This document shows, piece after piece, positions 1-9,234 of a stretch of DNA of 64,000 nt (the stretch's first letter is position 1; every line of letters starts with the position of its first letter). Under the pieces are notes generated by a model that saw only the letters and a list, made by a program, of their open reading frames with translations, searched no databases and was not told where the DNA came from. The position numbers and the translations under genes are program-made. Source of the DNA: an uncultured delta proteobacterium (GTDB lineage Bacteria; Myxococcota_A; Polyangia; Haliangiales; Haliangiaceae); NCBI GenBank assembly GCA_963848295.1, contig CAWKDB010000002.1, forward strand, positions 1,184,001-1,248,000. Direction: 5' to 3'.

Positions 1-58
1 GGACGGTGAGACCTCGCTACACTCGTGGCGTCAAGCAAACGTGCGGCTTCGCCCGGCG

Positions 59-529
59 CTACGCCGGCGGCGCGAGCAGCTCTTCGGCGATCTTCTTCGC
101 CAACGCCGCATCGGCCTTGTCGCCGTACTGCTTCTTGATCGCGCCGATCACGCGACCGGCCATCTTCGGATCCTTTTGCGGCAGCTCGGCGACCGCCTTG
201 GCGACTGCCTCGCGCAGCTCGGCCTCGGTCATCTGCGCCGGCAAGAACCTCGCGCACCACTCGAGCTCGAAGTCGATCTCGACGACCTGCGCCTTGCCCC
301 GATCGCCGGCGGCGACGAACTCGACGCGCGCCTTCTCCATCTGCTTCTTGTACGCGCTGATGACGTCGAGGATCAGCGCATCATCGACCTGGCCGGTGAA
401 GCCCTTCGCGGTCCGCCGCTCCATGATCTTGGTATTGATCATGCGGACGAGGTTCGCGGTCCGCGAATCCTTGGCCTTCATCGCCGCCGTGAGCTGCTCG
501 CGCAGCTGCGCTTCGAGGTTCGTCGCCAT
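59..529 (-). CDS. GatB/YqeY domain protein
   Basis: 156 aa; LREQLTAAMKAKD...LDVISAYKKQ...FLPAQMTEAEL...MAGRVIG pattern typical of YqeY. Confidence 0.9.
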   Translation of the reverse strand: MATNLEAQLREQLTAAMKAKDSRTANLVRMINTKIMERRTAKGFTGQVDDALILDVISAYKKQMEKARVEFVAAGDRGKAQVVEIDFELEWCARFLPAQMTEAELREAVAKAVAELPQKDPKMAGRVIGAIKKQYGDKADAALAKKIAEELLAPPA

Positions 530-538
530 CTCGACGAC

Positions 539-1846
539 TTACCACAGCCGCGACTGCGCTGCCGGCGTGACTCGCCGCCGCTGCTTGCCGCGCCGAGCTC
601 CCCGGTGAGGCTCGCGCCGGGTGGGCGCCTGCAACGCCCAGGTATGGAGCACCGCCGAGCCCGGCGTCGACAACACCATCGCGATCGGGTCGATGGCCGG
701 GACAAGTGCGGGATCGATCGGCGCGCGAGCCGGCTCGCGCTGATCGCCCGCGCCGACCTCACCCGCGACCGCGACGCGCAGCCGCTGCGCGCCAGGGGGC
801 AGCTCGTTCAGCACCGGTGCGAGCACGCGAGCGATCACTTCGGCGTCGCTCGCCGCCGGCAGATCGATCACCAGCTCGCGCTCGCCGACCGCGATCTCGA
901 GCCGGGTGGCGAGCCGTCCGCGACCGGCGAGCCGTAGCGCGATCCGACGCGCGACCAATGCGACCGCGGCCGGGCCGCTGACGAGCCCCGCTCCCTCGAG
1001 CAAGCCCGCGGTCGTGATGACGTCTTCTCGAATCGCCGCGTCCGGGACGTACGCGCGCAACCCGGCTCCGCCCTCGCCGCGCGCGAGCCCTTGGTAATCG
1101 GCTTCGAACGGCCGCGCCACCGACGGCGCCGGCAGCGCGGCGAACTCGCCGAGCGTGCGAACGCCGAGCGCCTCGAGCATGTGCTGGACCTCGGGTGCGA
1201 TCGCGAGCAGCGCGAGCGGGCGCGGCGACAAGAACGCCGCCGAGCCTCCGCGCGGCACGGCGATCACCCCGGCATCATCGCCGCCGAGATGCGCCGCCGC
1301 GACCCACGCGGTGAATCGATCATCGGCGATGCCGACGCGCCCGGTGACGCCGAGCTCGTCGAGCAGCGCGATCACCCGCTCGCCGTAGCTGTGACCGCGG
1401 AGCTTCGCCGGCACTTCGGTGTACATCGCGAGGTGTGCGCCGCCGGCGCCGAGCCGGCCGCCGACGTCGACCGTGGGTGTGGCCGCCAACAACGAATCGG
1501 CGATCGCTCGTACGGTCTCGCGCTCGACCGCGGCTTCCGCGGCTACGATCCGAACGCCACCGCCCATCGCGCGCGCCGCCGCAGCGGTCATGCCGAGCCG
1601 CACGCCGAGGCCCCAGGCCGCGCGCGAGCACGCGACGACGACGGGCGAGTGCAACGCTCCGGACCGTTCGCGATCGAGTGCTCCGGGGGTCTTCGCGACG
1701 GACAGCCGATCGATCGATCGAGGCCCGCCGGCAGAACGCGGCTCGCTCCCGCCGACGATCGCGACCGGCGCCCCGCGCAGCGAAGGATCGACGCGGGTCG
1801 CGCTTTGGAGTGCGAACTGGGGGATGTGGATGCAAGCGATGCGCAT
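539..1846 (-). CDS. imuB: ImuB-like catalytically inactive Y-family DNA polymerase
   Basis: MRIACIHIPQFALQ N-terminus, VVACSRAAWGLGVRLGMT, RVGIADDRFTAWVAA, LEALGVRTLGEFAALP; catalytic Asp/Glu motifs are absent. Confidence 0.8.
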   Translation of the reverse strand: MRIACIHIPQFALQSATRVDPSLRGAPVAIVGGSEPRSAGGPRSIDRLSVAKTPGALDRERSGALHSPVVVACSRAAWGLGVRLGMTAAAARAMGGGVRIVAAEAAVERETVRAIADSLLAATPTVDVGGRLGAGGAHLAMYTEVPAKLRGHSYGERVIALLDELGVTGRVGIADDRFTAWVAAAHLGGDDAGVIAVPRGGSAAFLSPRPLALLAIAPEVQHMLEALGVRTLGEFAALPAPSVARPFEADYQGLARGEGGAGLRAYVPDAAIREDVITTAGLLEGAGLVSGPAAVALVARRIALRLAGRGRLATRLEIAVGERELVIDLPAASDAEVIARVLAPVLNELPPGAQRLRVAVAGEVGAGDQREPARAPIDPALVPAIDPIAMVLSTPGSAVLHTWALQAPTRREPHRGARRGKQRRRVTPAAQSRLW

Positions 1847-1864
1847 GCGAGAAACGCTACCTGA

Positions 1865-1884
1865 CTGGTCTGATGTTCAGTATA
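1865..1884 (-). promoter_or_regulatory. Putative LexA (SOS) box overlapping a -10 element (TATACT) upstream of imuB
   Basis: Minus strand TATACTGAACATCAGACCAG: CTGAAC-N4-GACCAG resembles the CTGAAC-N4-GTTCAG-type myxobacterial LexA palindrome; TATACT at 1879-1884. Confidence 0.6.
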
Positions 1885-1964
1885 CCAGCTGCGGCTCGCG
1901 AGGCACCTTTATATCTAGGTTTGGTCTGTTGTAACTATTTGATCTTAGATGGAGATCTTCCGGA

Positions 1965-2011
1965 AATTGATCAATTGATCAATTGATCAACAGGCGACAG
2001 GCAACAGGCAA
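1965..2011. repeat. Short tandem repeats: (AATTGATC)x3 followed by CAGGC(G/A)A x3
   Basis: Read directly from the sequence, in an AT-rich intergenic patch. Confidence 0.85.
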
Positions 2012-2938
2012 TGCCGGAGGGCCGGGCTCGCGGCTCAGCCGGCCATGCGGAGCGGCAGGTCGGCGGCGGCGAGCTGATCGAGCTCGGTCGAGCACCGCAG
2101 CCATCGTCGGCCGCAGCGCTGGCTCCTTCGCGAGCATGCGCAGGACCAAACGCTCGAGCGTCGCCGACACTCCGGACCGCAGCCAAGACGGGCGGGCCGG
2201 CCGCGCGTCGGCGTGCGAGATCATCAGCTCCGGCAGCGAGCCGGCAAAGGGAACGTCGCCGGTGATCAGCTCGAACAGCGTGCAGCCGAGCGCATAGACA
2301 TCGCACGCCACTCCGGGCTCGCCGCGCCACTGCTCCGGTGCCATGTAGGCGGGGGTGCCGGCGATGCCGTGATCACCCGGCGGCGGCTCGTCGACGAAGC
2401 GCGACACGCCGAAGTCGAGCACCTTGAGCGCGCCCGATCGCAGCACGAGCATGTTCTCCGGTTTGACGTCGCAGTGAACGACGCCGGCCGCGTGGAGCGC
2501 GGCGATCGCCGCCGCCGCTTGGCCACCCCACGTGATGACCGCGGTCAGCGCGAGTGGGTCGAGCTCGAGCGCGATGTCGGCGAGCGTCTCGCCCTCGAGG
2601 TACTCCATCACCAGATACGGGATGTCATCGAGGTTGCGAGCTGCATCACGGATGTCGACCAAGCCCGGGTGACGGGCGCGCTGCGAGACCGCGTGCTCGC
2701 CGAACAGCCGGCGCACGACCTCGGCGTGATCCGCGAACCTCGGATCGAGCACCTTGAGCGCCACTCGGTCGCCGGTCTCGACATCGGCTGCCAGATAGAC
2801 ACCACCCATCCCGCCGCTCGCGAGGGGGGCGACGAGCTCGTAGTTGCCGAACCGCGCACCGAAGCGACGCCAATCCGGACGGGCGAGCGGCAAGATGCGA
2901 CCGTGCACGGTGCCGAGCGGGATCGTCGCATCGCCCAT
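1979..2938 (-). CDS. Ser/Thr protein kinase (probable +1 frameshift near 2087; true stop probably ~2034)
   Basis: GGMGGVY, VALK, HCDVKPEN, DFG, GTPAYMAPE motifs; removing one base gives the ending ...AVLDELDQLAAADLPLRMAG*. Confidence 0.9.
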   Translation of the reverse strand: MGDATIPLGTVHGRILPLARPDWRRFGARFGNYELVAPLASGGMGGVYLAADVETGDRVALKVLDPRFADHAEVVRRLFGEHAVSQRARHPGLVDIRDAARNLDDIPYLVMEYLEGETLADIALELDPLALTAVITWGGQAAAAIAALHAAGVVHCDVKPENMLVLRSGALKVLDFGVSRFVDEPPPGDHGIAGTPAYMAPEQWRGEPGVACDVYALGCTLFELITGDVPFAGSLPELMISHADARPARPSWLRSGVSATLERLVLRMLAKEPALRPTMAAVLDRARSARRRRPAAPHGRLSREPGPPALPVACRLLIN

Positions 2939-2950
2939 GGACCGACGCAG

Positions 2951-2966
2951 TGCACTGGCAATGCCA
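2951..2966 (-). promoter_or_regulatory. Putative sigma54 -24/-12 promoter for the kinase
   Basis: TGGCATTGCCAGTGCA with GG-N10-GC spacing, 12 nt upstream of the ATG at 2938. Confidence 0.55.
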
Positions 2967-3202
2967 CATCGCGGTTTCGTGCGCACCCTCGCCGTCCGCG
3001 AGCTAACTCCTCGGGACTGCCGAATGGTGCGAACCGCCTACTGACAGAAAACTGAGCGCCAGGGTGTGGCGATGTCGCGACAAGCTGACGGCGCACATTC
3101 ACGCCGCTACGCACGCGTCGCGCAGGTTCATCCGCTGTCAGGAATTGCAGGGCAACCTCGAGTGTTTCAGATCCGTCTCGACGGTCGCGCGTTACGACGT
3201 CG

Positions 3203-4732
3203 TTAGAGGTCGACGCCTTCTCCCGCACACGCATCGGTGGTGCGTTGCTTGACGTCGCCGGTCAGTCCGACGGCGAGCTGCCGTGCACGCCGCGCATCGC
3301 GCCGGCGACAGGCAGCGATCGCCGCGTGCCCGCGATCGTCGGCGCGCAACGAGATCGAGGTCGCCTTGCTCTCGGGGACGCTCGCCGGATCCGCGCGCTC
3401 GATCCCGAGCGCACCACTCATCAACACCGCGTAGACGTCGCCGACCGCGAGGCCTTGCGCGACCATGCGATCGACCAACGCGAGGTGAGTGTCGATCGCC
3501 TTGGCCATCCGGTCCGGATCGATCGCGCCGGGAACCGCTTGGCCGTTGATGAACAACGTCGGCGTGCCGGTGACCCCGAGCGCCTCGGCCGACGCCGCCT
3601 CCGCCATCACGACGTCGCGGTACCGCCGATCGTCGAGCGCGGCCTTGAATGCGTCGAGGTCCAGGCCGATCGTACGCGCGTAGGTCTCGAGATCCGCGCG
3701 CGTCAGGTGACCGAAGTTGAGGAACACCTGATCGTGGAACTCCCAGAACTTGCCCTGCATCGCGGCGGCGACGCCGGCTTCAGCGGCGAGCTCGGCGTTG
3801 CGATGACCCATGACCGGAAAGTGACGATAGATGACCCGGATCTTGTCGCCGTACTTGAGCCGCGCCTGCGCGAGCACCGGCGCCTCGTGCTGGCAGTACG
3901 GGCACTGAAAGTCACTCCACTCGACGATCGTGACCGGCGCGTCGTCCGGGCCGATCTGGTGGCCGGGAAGGCCGACGCCGACGCGATACAGCTTCGTGGT
4001 CACCAGCTCGCTCACCTGGTTCGTCGTCTCGGGTGGCGCATCGGCCGTGGGTTTGCCGCCGGCGACCATCGCGGCGTAGAGGTCGGTGATGCCGGGCTGC
4101 GCCGCGCGCAGTTCGCGGGCGTGGACGAGCTCTTCTTCGACCATCGCGGCGAACACCCGCAGCGGCTGGCTGCCGTGCACCGGCCGGCCGTTCATGAAGA
4201 ACGCCGGCGTGCCACTGACGCCGAGCGTACGGGCATCGTTGATGTCGGCCGCGATCGCGTCGCGATACGTGCCGCTGTCGAGATCGGCGCGGAACCGCAC
4301 CATGTCCAGACCGAGCTCGCGCGCGATCAGCTCGATCGTCGCGCGATCGACCTTGCCCTGCGCCGCGAACAACCGGTCGTGCATCGGCCGGAACCGGCCT
4401 TGCGCGGCGGCTGCGAGCGCGCCTTCGAACGCGACGACGTTGTCGTCGTCGAGCGGCAACGCGCGATGCACGATCCGGACTTGCCCCGGGTACAAGCGGC
4501 GCAGCTTGTCGAGCGTCGGCTGGGCGTAGTTGCAGAACCCGCACGCGTAATCGCTCCACTCGACGATCGTGATCGGTGCGTTCGCGGGGCCTTCGGCCGG
4601 CGACGCGCCACGCGGCACGTTGTAGGTGGTCGCGGGATCGAAGCTCAAGCCGCCGCCGCGGCGGGTCATCGGATCGGCATGCGCGGTGGCGCAAGCGATC
4701 GCGATCGCGACACAGCCAGCGACGGCGCGCAT
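3203..4732 (-). CDS. Secreted protein with two tandem DsbA/thioredoxin domains
   Basis: Signal peptide MRAVAGCVAIAIACATAHA; two domains with EWSDYACGFC and EWSDFQCPYC, each followed by GV[ST]GTP. Confidence 0.9.
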   Translation of the reverse strand: MRAVAGCVAIAIACATAHADPMTRRGGGLSFDPATTYNVPRGASPAEGPANAPITIVEWSDYACGFCNYAQPTLDKLRRLYPGQVRIVHRALPLDDDNVVAFEGALAAAAQGRFRPMHDRLFAAQGKVDRATIELIARELGLDMVRFRADLDSGTYRDAIAADINDARTLGVSGTPAFFMNGRPVHGSQPLRVFAAMVEEELVHARELRAAQPGITDLYAAMVAGGKPTADAPPETTNQVSELVTTKLYRVGVGLPGHQIGPDDAPVTIVEWSDFQCPYCQHEAPVLAQARLKYGDKIRVIYRHFPVMGHRNAELAAEAGVAAAMQGKFWEFHDQVFLNFGHLTRADLETYARTIGLDLDAFKAALDDRRYRDVVMAEAASAEALGVTGTPTLFINGQAVPGAIDPDRMAKAIDTHLALVDRMVAQGLAVGDVYAVLMSGALGIERADPASVPESKATSISLRADDRGHAAIAACRRRDARRARQLAVGLTGDVKQRTTDACAGEGVDL

Positions 4733-4737
4733 CGAGA

Positions 4738-5262
4738 TCACTTCGTGATCGTGCCGCACCCGATGCGGCTGCCGGCGTTGCCCGACGGGTCGCTCTTCAT
4801 GTCGTCGGCCTTCGCGTGGATGACGAGCGCGGTGCCGCCGCCGGTGAACACCGAGTGCGGGCCGTCGGCGAGGGTGAGGTTCGCCGCCATGACCGTGGTC
4901 TTCGCGGCGCCCTTCTTGTCGGCGGTGAAGTTCGGCATGTCGCCGGCGTGCGGTCCCGCCGGGTTGTTCAGCCCGTGGTGCTTGTTGTCGGGGTTGAAGT
5001 GACCACCGGCCGACTTGAAGTCGGGGCCGTCGCACTTCGCGGTCTGGTGTACGTGAATCGCGTGAACCCCCGGGGGCAGACCGTGGAGGTCGAGCGCGAT
5101 CGACACGCCGCCCTTGCCCTCGGTGAGCGTCGCCGTCCCGAGGCTCTTGCCCTTGCCGTCGGCGATCTTGACCGTGACCGGCTTGCTGGTATCGGCGAGC
5201 GCGGCCACCGGAGTTGCGATCAGCGCGAGCGAGAGCGTCATCGTGGAGAGTTTCATGGCCAT
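4738..5262 (-). CDS. sodC: Periplasmic Cu/Zn superoxide dismutase
   Basis: Signal peptide; [41 protein letters not shown] motifs. Confidence 0.95.
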   Translation of the reverse strand: MAMKLSTMTLSLALIATPVAALADTSKPVTVKIADGKGKSLGTATLTEGKGGVSIALDLHGLPPGVHAIHVHQTAKCDGPDFKSAGGHFNPDNKHHGLNNPAGPHAGDMPNFTADKKGAAKTTVMAANLTLADGPHSVFTGGGTALVIHAKADDMKSDPSGNAGSRIGCGTITK

Positions 5263-5268
5263 GGCATA

Positions 5269-5806
5269 TCACCAGCGGGCGACTTGTTCGAGCAGCAAAC
5301 GGGCCAGCTGTGCGCCGCGTGGACCGGTCCCGGTGAGCCCGAGCGCACGCCCAGCGGGGTCGTGAGCCAGCTCGATGCGCAGGTGATCGGCTGGAACGAC
5401 ATCCCAGCGATCGGCCCACTCGACGATGACGACGCCGCGCGGATCGCCGAACAGCTCGTCGAGCCCCAGTTCCTGGAGCTCCGCCGCGCGCTCGATCCGA
5501 TACAGGTCGACGTGCCAGACGATCAGCGGGCGCCGTTCCGGCGGCCCTTCGCTCCAAGGATTCGGCCATCCTTGCTTCGCCGGACGGCCGATCGATCGAT
5601 CGAGCTCAGGGCGATATTCATGGACGAGCGCGAACGTCGGGCTGTGGGCGCCCGGAGCGCCGAGCGCGCGCGGCCAGGCCGGCGACCAACGTGGTCTTGC
5701 CGGCACCGAGATCGCCCACGAGCGCGATCGCGTCACCACCGCAGACGAGCGCCGCGAGCGCCGTGCCGACCCGCGCGGTGGCGTCGGCATCGGCCAGCAG
5801 GATCAT
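5269..5806 (-). CDS. tsaE: tRNA threonylcarbamoyladenosine biosynthesis ATPase TsaE (one extra base near 5670; in-frame repeat insertion at 5528-5607)
   Basis: GDLGAGKTT in one frame, then SPTFALVHEY, HVDLYRI and VEWADR in the next; span is 3n+1. Confidence 0.9.
5528..5607 (-). repeat. Family A twin-hairpin element inserted in frame in tsaE
   Basis: Closely matches the 81-bp units at 33212-33373; region encodes ELDRSIGRPAKQGWPNPWSEGPPERRP. Confidence 0.9.
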
Positions 5807-6213
5807 GCGAGCTCGGCGGCGAGCTTGTCGTCCCACTTGTCGGCGGTCTGCGCGATCGAGTGCACGACGTCCTCGAACTCCTCGTAGTCGAGGCCTTCGA
5901 GCCCGCGCAGGATCCGCAGGTACAAGTCGCCGGTCTGCGGATGGAGCGCGAACGCCGCGTCGCCGGTCTCGACGAACGAGGCCGCGAGCAAGCGCTTCGC
6001 CTTCGCTTCGTCGAGCGCGGGCGCTTGCGCGACGCGCGCGAGCAGCAACAAGACGCCGCGATCCGCGAGCACGTGGATCGTCACTACCGCCGAGCCGCGC
6101 TGGATCGAACCGACGCCATCGGCGGACAGCGCCGGCAGCGTGAGGTTTCGTTCGCGGCCGAACCGCGCGAGAAACTCGGCTACGCGGGCGCGCGGATCGT
6201 CGTCATTCTCCAT
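5803..6213 (-). CDS. Type III secretion chaperone-like (CesT/YbjN fold) protein
   Basis: Small acidic protein; LLAASFVETGDAAFAL and LDYEEFEDVVHSIAQTADKWDDKL C-terminal helix. Confidence 0.65.
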   Translation of the reverse strand: MENDDDPRARVAEFLARFGRERNLTLPALSADGVGSIQRGSAVVTIHVLADRGVLLLLARVAQAPALDEAKAKRLLAASFVETGDAAFALHPQTGDLYLRILRGLEGLDYEEFEDVVHSIAQTADKWDDKLAAELA

Positions 6214-6247
6214 GGGCGTGCAGCCTATCAAAGTTGTATAGAGAGGC

Positions 6248-8263
6248 GTGCGCCGACTGGCACTCGTCGGGATCGTGGCGGCGGTCGCGTGCGGTCACGA
6301 CCACGGCCCGCCGCGCGTTCGTTCGCGCCCGCCGAAGCCGGATCCCTATCCCGCGCTGCGCGGCGATCCCACGCCGCGGACCTCGCGGATCGCGAGCTAC
6401 AAGATCGACGCGAAGCTCGATGCGGCACGCCATGTCATCACCGCGACCGAGACGCTGACCTGGATCAACAGCGGCGACAGCGCGGTCACGACGCTGCCGT
6501 TTCATCTCTACCTGAACGCGTTCAAGAACGAGACGACGTTGTTCATGCGGACGTCACGCGGTGTCGTCGGGCGCGCTCACGCGAGCGACAGCGGCTGGGG
6601 CTGGATCAACGTCGACTCGGTCGCAGATACGATGGCAACGAGCTGATCTCCGCGCTCAAGCCGAGCGGCCCCGACGAGACCGTCGCCGAGCTGACGCTGC
6701 CGACGCCGCTCGACGCCGGCAAGACCGCGATCCTCACGTTCAAGTTCACCGCGCAGCTGCCCGAGGTGTTCGCGCGCACGGGTTACAAGGGCGACTTCAC
6801 GATGGTCGGCCAGTGGTTCCCGAAGATCGGCGTGCGCGTCGGACCTCCGGGCGCCGAACGGTGGGAGTGCCAGCCCGTTCGACGCCAACAGCGAGTTCTT
6901 CGCCGACTTCGGTACGTACGATGTCACGCTGACCGTCCCGGCCACTCACGTGGTCGCGGCGACCGGCGTGCTCATCGCGTCGGCCGACATCGCGGGCGGG
7001 CTGCGCACGTTCACGTATCACGCCGAGGACGTCCACGACTTCGCGTGGATGGCCGATCCGTACATGGACGTCATGTCGCGCACCGCGAAGCTCGAAGGCG
7101 GCGGCACGGTCGACGTCCGCGTCGTGTTCCGGCCCGAGCAGCGCGCGTTCGCCGAACGCCACCTCGACGCGGCGGTCGGAGCGATCGAGAAGTTCTCGGC
7201 GCTGTACGTGCCCTATCCGTGGTCAGCGCTGACCGTCATCGATCCACCGGTCGACGCCGCCGAGGGCGCGGGCGGCATGGAGTACCCGACGTTGGTCACG
7301 ACCTCAGGGGACACGGTGCTCGCCCGCCCGGGCATCCGGCTGCCCGAGTACACGACGATCCACGAGGTCGGTCACAACTGGTTCCAAGGCATGCTCGCCT
7401 CGAACGAGCCCGAAGAGCCGTGGCTCGACGAAGGTGTCAACGAATGGGCCGACGCCGTCGTGATGGCCGAGCTCTACGGCCCGCGCGGCTCCGCGATCGA
7501 CTGGTACGGCTGGCAAGCCGAGCTCGCGTCGCTCGAGCGCGCGCTCGCCGATGACCCGGCGTCGTTGCCGTCGCCGATCGCGAGCGCGGCCTACGCATTT
7601 GTCGACGAACGCAGCTACGGTCTGACCGCGTACATCGAGACTCAGCGCGCCCTGCGCACGCTCGAGCTCACGGTCGGGGCCTCGAAGTTCGCCGCGGCGA
7701 TGAAGGTGTACGCGCAAGAATTCGCGTTCAAGCATCCGACCGGGCGCGACCTGTACGCCACGCTCGAACGCGAGCTCGGCATGGACCTGACGTGGTTCTT
7801 CGGTCCGGTGTTTCACCAGGTCGGCGGCATGGCGCTGTCGGTGCGCGACGCGACCTGCACCCGTGGTCACAAGCCGCGCGGCGTGTTCGAGGACAAGCAC
7901 GGCGTGAAGAAGACCGTGACCGAAGCGGAGGCGCCCGACACCGCGACGTGGGACTGCGAGGTCACGATCCAGAACACCGGCGTCGTCCATGTTCCGGTCG
8001 ACGTCGAGCTCCGATTCGCCGATGGGATCACGCAACGCGAGCGCTGGGACGACCGCGGCGACGACGGAGCGTGGACCCGGTTGCCACCGGTGCAGCGCGG
8101 CGCCAAGCTCGTCGAGGTCAAGCTCGACCCCGACGACAAGCTGCTGCTCGCTGCACCGCTTCCGCTCGATGTCAGGCTCGAAGGCGATGGCAGCGCGTCG
8201 CTGCGCGCGGCGTCCCGCGTCTCGACCTGGGCGCAAGGGCTCATGCAACTGGTGGGGCCGTGA
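6248..8263 (+). CDS. M1 family metallo-aminopeptidase lipoprotein (frameshifts near 6630 and 6876)
   Basis: Lipobox VAVAC; GGMEYP and HEVGHNWF-x-EG zinc motifs; coding pieces lie in three frames. Confidence 0.85.
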
Positions 8264-9204
8264 TGGCGGCGCTCGCCGCGCCTCCGCGGGTCGGACTCGG
8301 CGCGATGGTCCGCGCCGGATGGCGTGCGCTATCGCGCTACACCGGCACGTTGCTCGCCGTGTTCGTGGTCCAGATGATCGTGTCGGCGGCTTGCATGCTC
8401 GCGGTCGCCGCGGTGCTCGCGCAGGTGTTCGCGCACTCGCCGCTGTTCGACGATGCGGTCGACGGCGACCTCGTCGCGCTGATCACGTGCATCCGCGCGG
8501 CGCGCGCCGCGATCGTCGCGTCGGGGGGGATCGTGTTCGGCTTCGTCTTGCTGTGGCAACTCGCGACCTGGTTCCTGGTCGGGGGCATCTACGGCGTGCT
8601 CGCGCAGCAACCGGAGGGTCGTGCCGCGACCGCGCGCTGCTTCGGCGCGAGCGGCACCGCGACGTACCTGACGTACGCACGGCTCGCGCTGTGCGAGCTG
8701 CCCGGTTGGCTGCTCGTGTTGTTCGCGCTGTCGACCGGACTCGGCATGGCCTGGCCGCACATCGAGCATGCATTGACGGTCGCCGAGGTCGTGGTCCCGC
8801 TCGTCGCCGCGCTGCTGCCGGCGCTGATCCTGTTTCACCTCGCGTGGACGATCGGCGACTACGCGCGGCTCGAGCTCACGCTGCGCCACGACAGCCATGC
8901 ACCCGGCGTGATCGCGACGTACGTGCGCACGGTCGCGTTCGTCGTCACGCGGCCGATCACGCTCGTCCACGCGAGCTTCGGCTGGATCGGGTTCGTCGTC
9001 ATCACGATCGGCTCGATGTTCCTCGCGCAGGGCCATCCGATGTTCGGCGCCGAAGGCGCGATCACGCTGTACGTGATCCGCGAAGGCACCGCGCTCGCGC
9101 GCCTCGCGATCCGCTTCGCGGTGCTTGGCGGTCAGGTCGAGCTCGCGCGCACACGCGCGCTGCCGCCGCGTCGAGTCGAGGCCAAGCTCGAAGCGATCGC
9201 GTGA
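8263..9204 (+). CDS. Multi-pass membrane protein, translationally coupled to the M1 peptidase
   Basis: About 6 hydrophobic segments; TGATG overlap at 8261-8265. Confidence 0.75.
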   Translation: MAALAAPPRVGLGAMVRAGWRALSRYTGTLLAVFVVQMIVSAACMLAVAAVLAQVFAHSPLFDDAVDGDLVALITCIRAARAAIVASGGIVFGFVLLWQLATWFLVGGIYGVLAQQPEGRAATARCFGASGTATYLTYARLALCELPGWLLVLFALSTGLGMAWPHIEHALTVAEVVVPLVAALLPALILFHLAWTIGDYARLELTLRHDSHAPGVIATYVRTVAFVVTRPITLVHASFGWIGFVVITIGSMFLAQGHPMFGAEGAITLYVIREGTALARLAIRFAVLGGQVELARTRALPPRRVEAKLEAIA

Positions 9205-9234
9205 CCCGGCACCCCTTAGTGCTATGGTCGCGCT

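Noticed and set aside
1908..1990. Replication origin (AT-rich, GATC cluster)
   Set aside because: No DnaA boxes (TTATCCACA-like) seen and no dnaA/dnaN/gidA context
2990..3200. ncRNA in the ~200-bp intergenic gap
   Set aside because: No convincing tRNA or known RNA structure; more simply the enhancer region of the sigma54 promoter at 2951-2966
4576..7554. 992-aa plus-strand ORF and similar long overlapping ORFs (e.g. 7989-10283, 50638-52728, 43252-45555)
   Set aside because: Shadow or antisense ORFs expected in high-GC DNA; Arg-rich low-information translations overlapping well-supported genes
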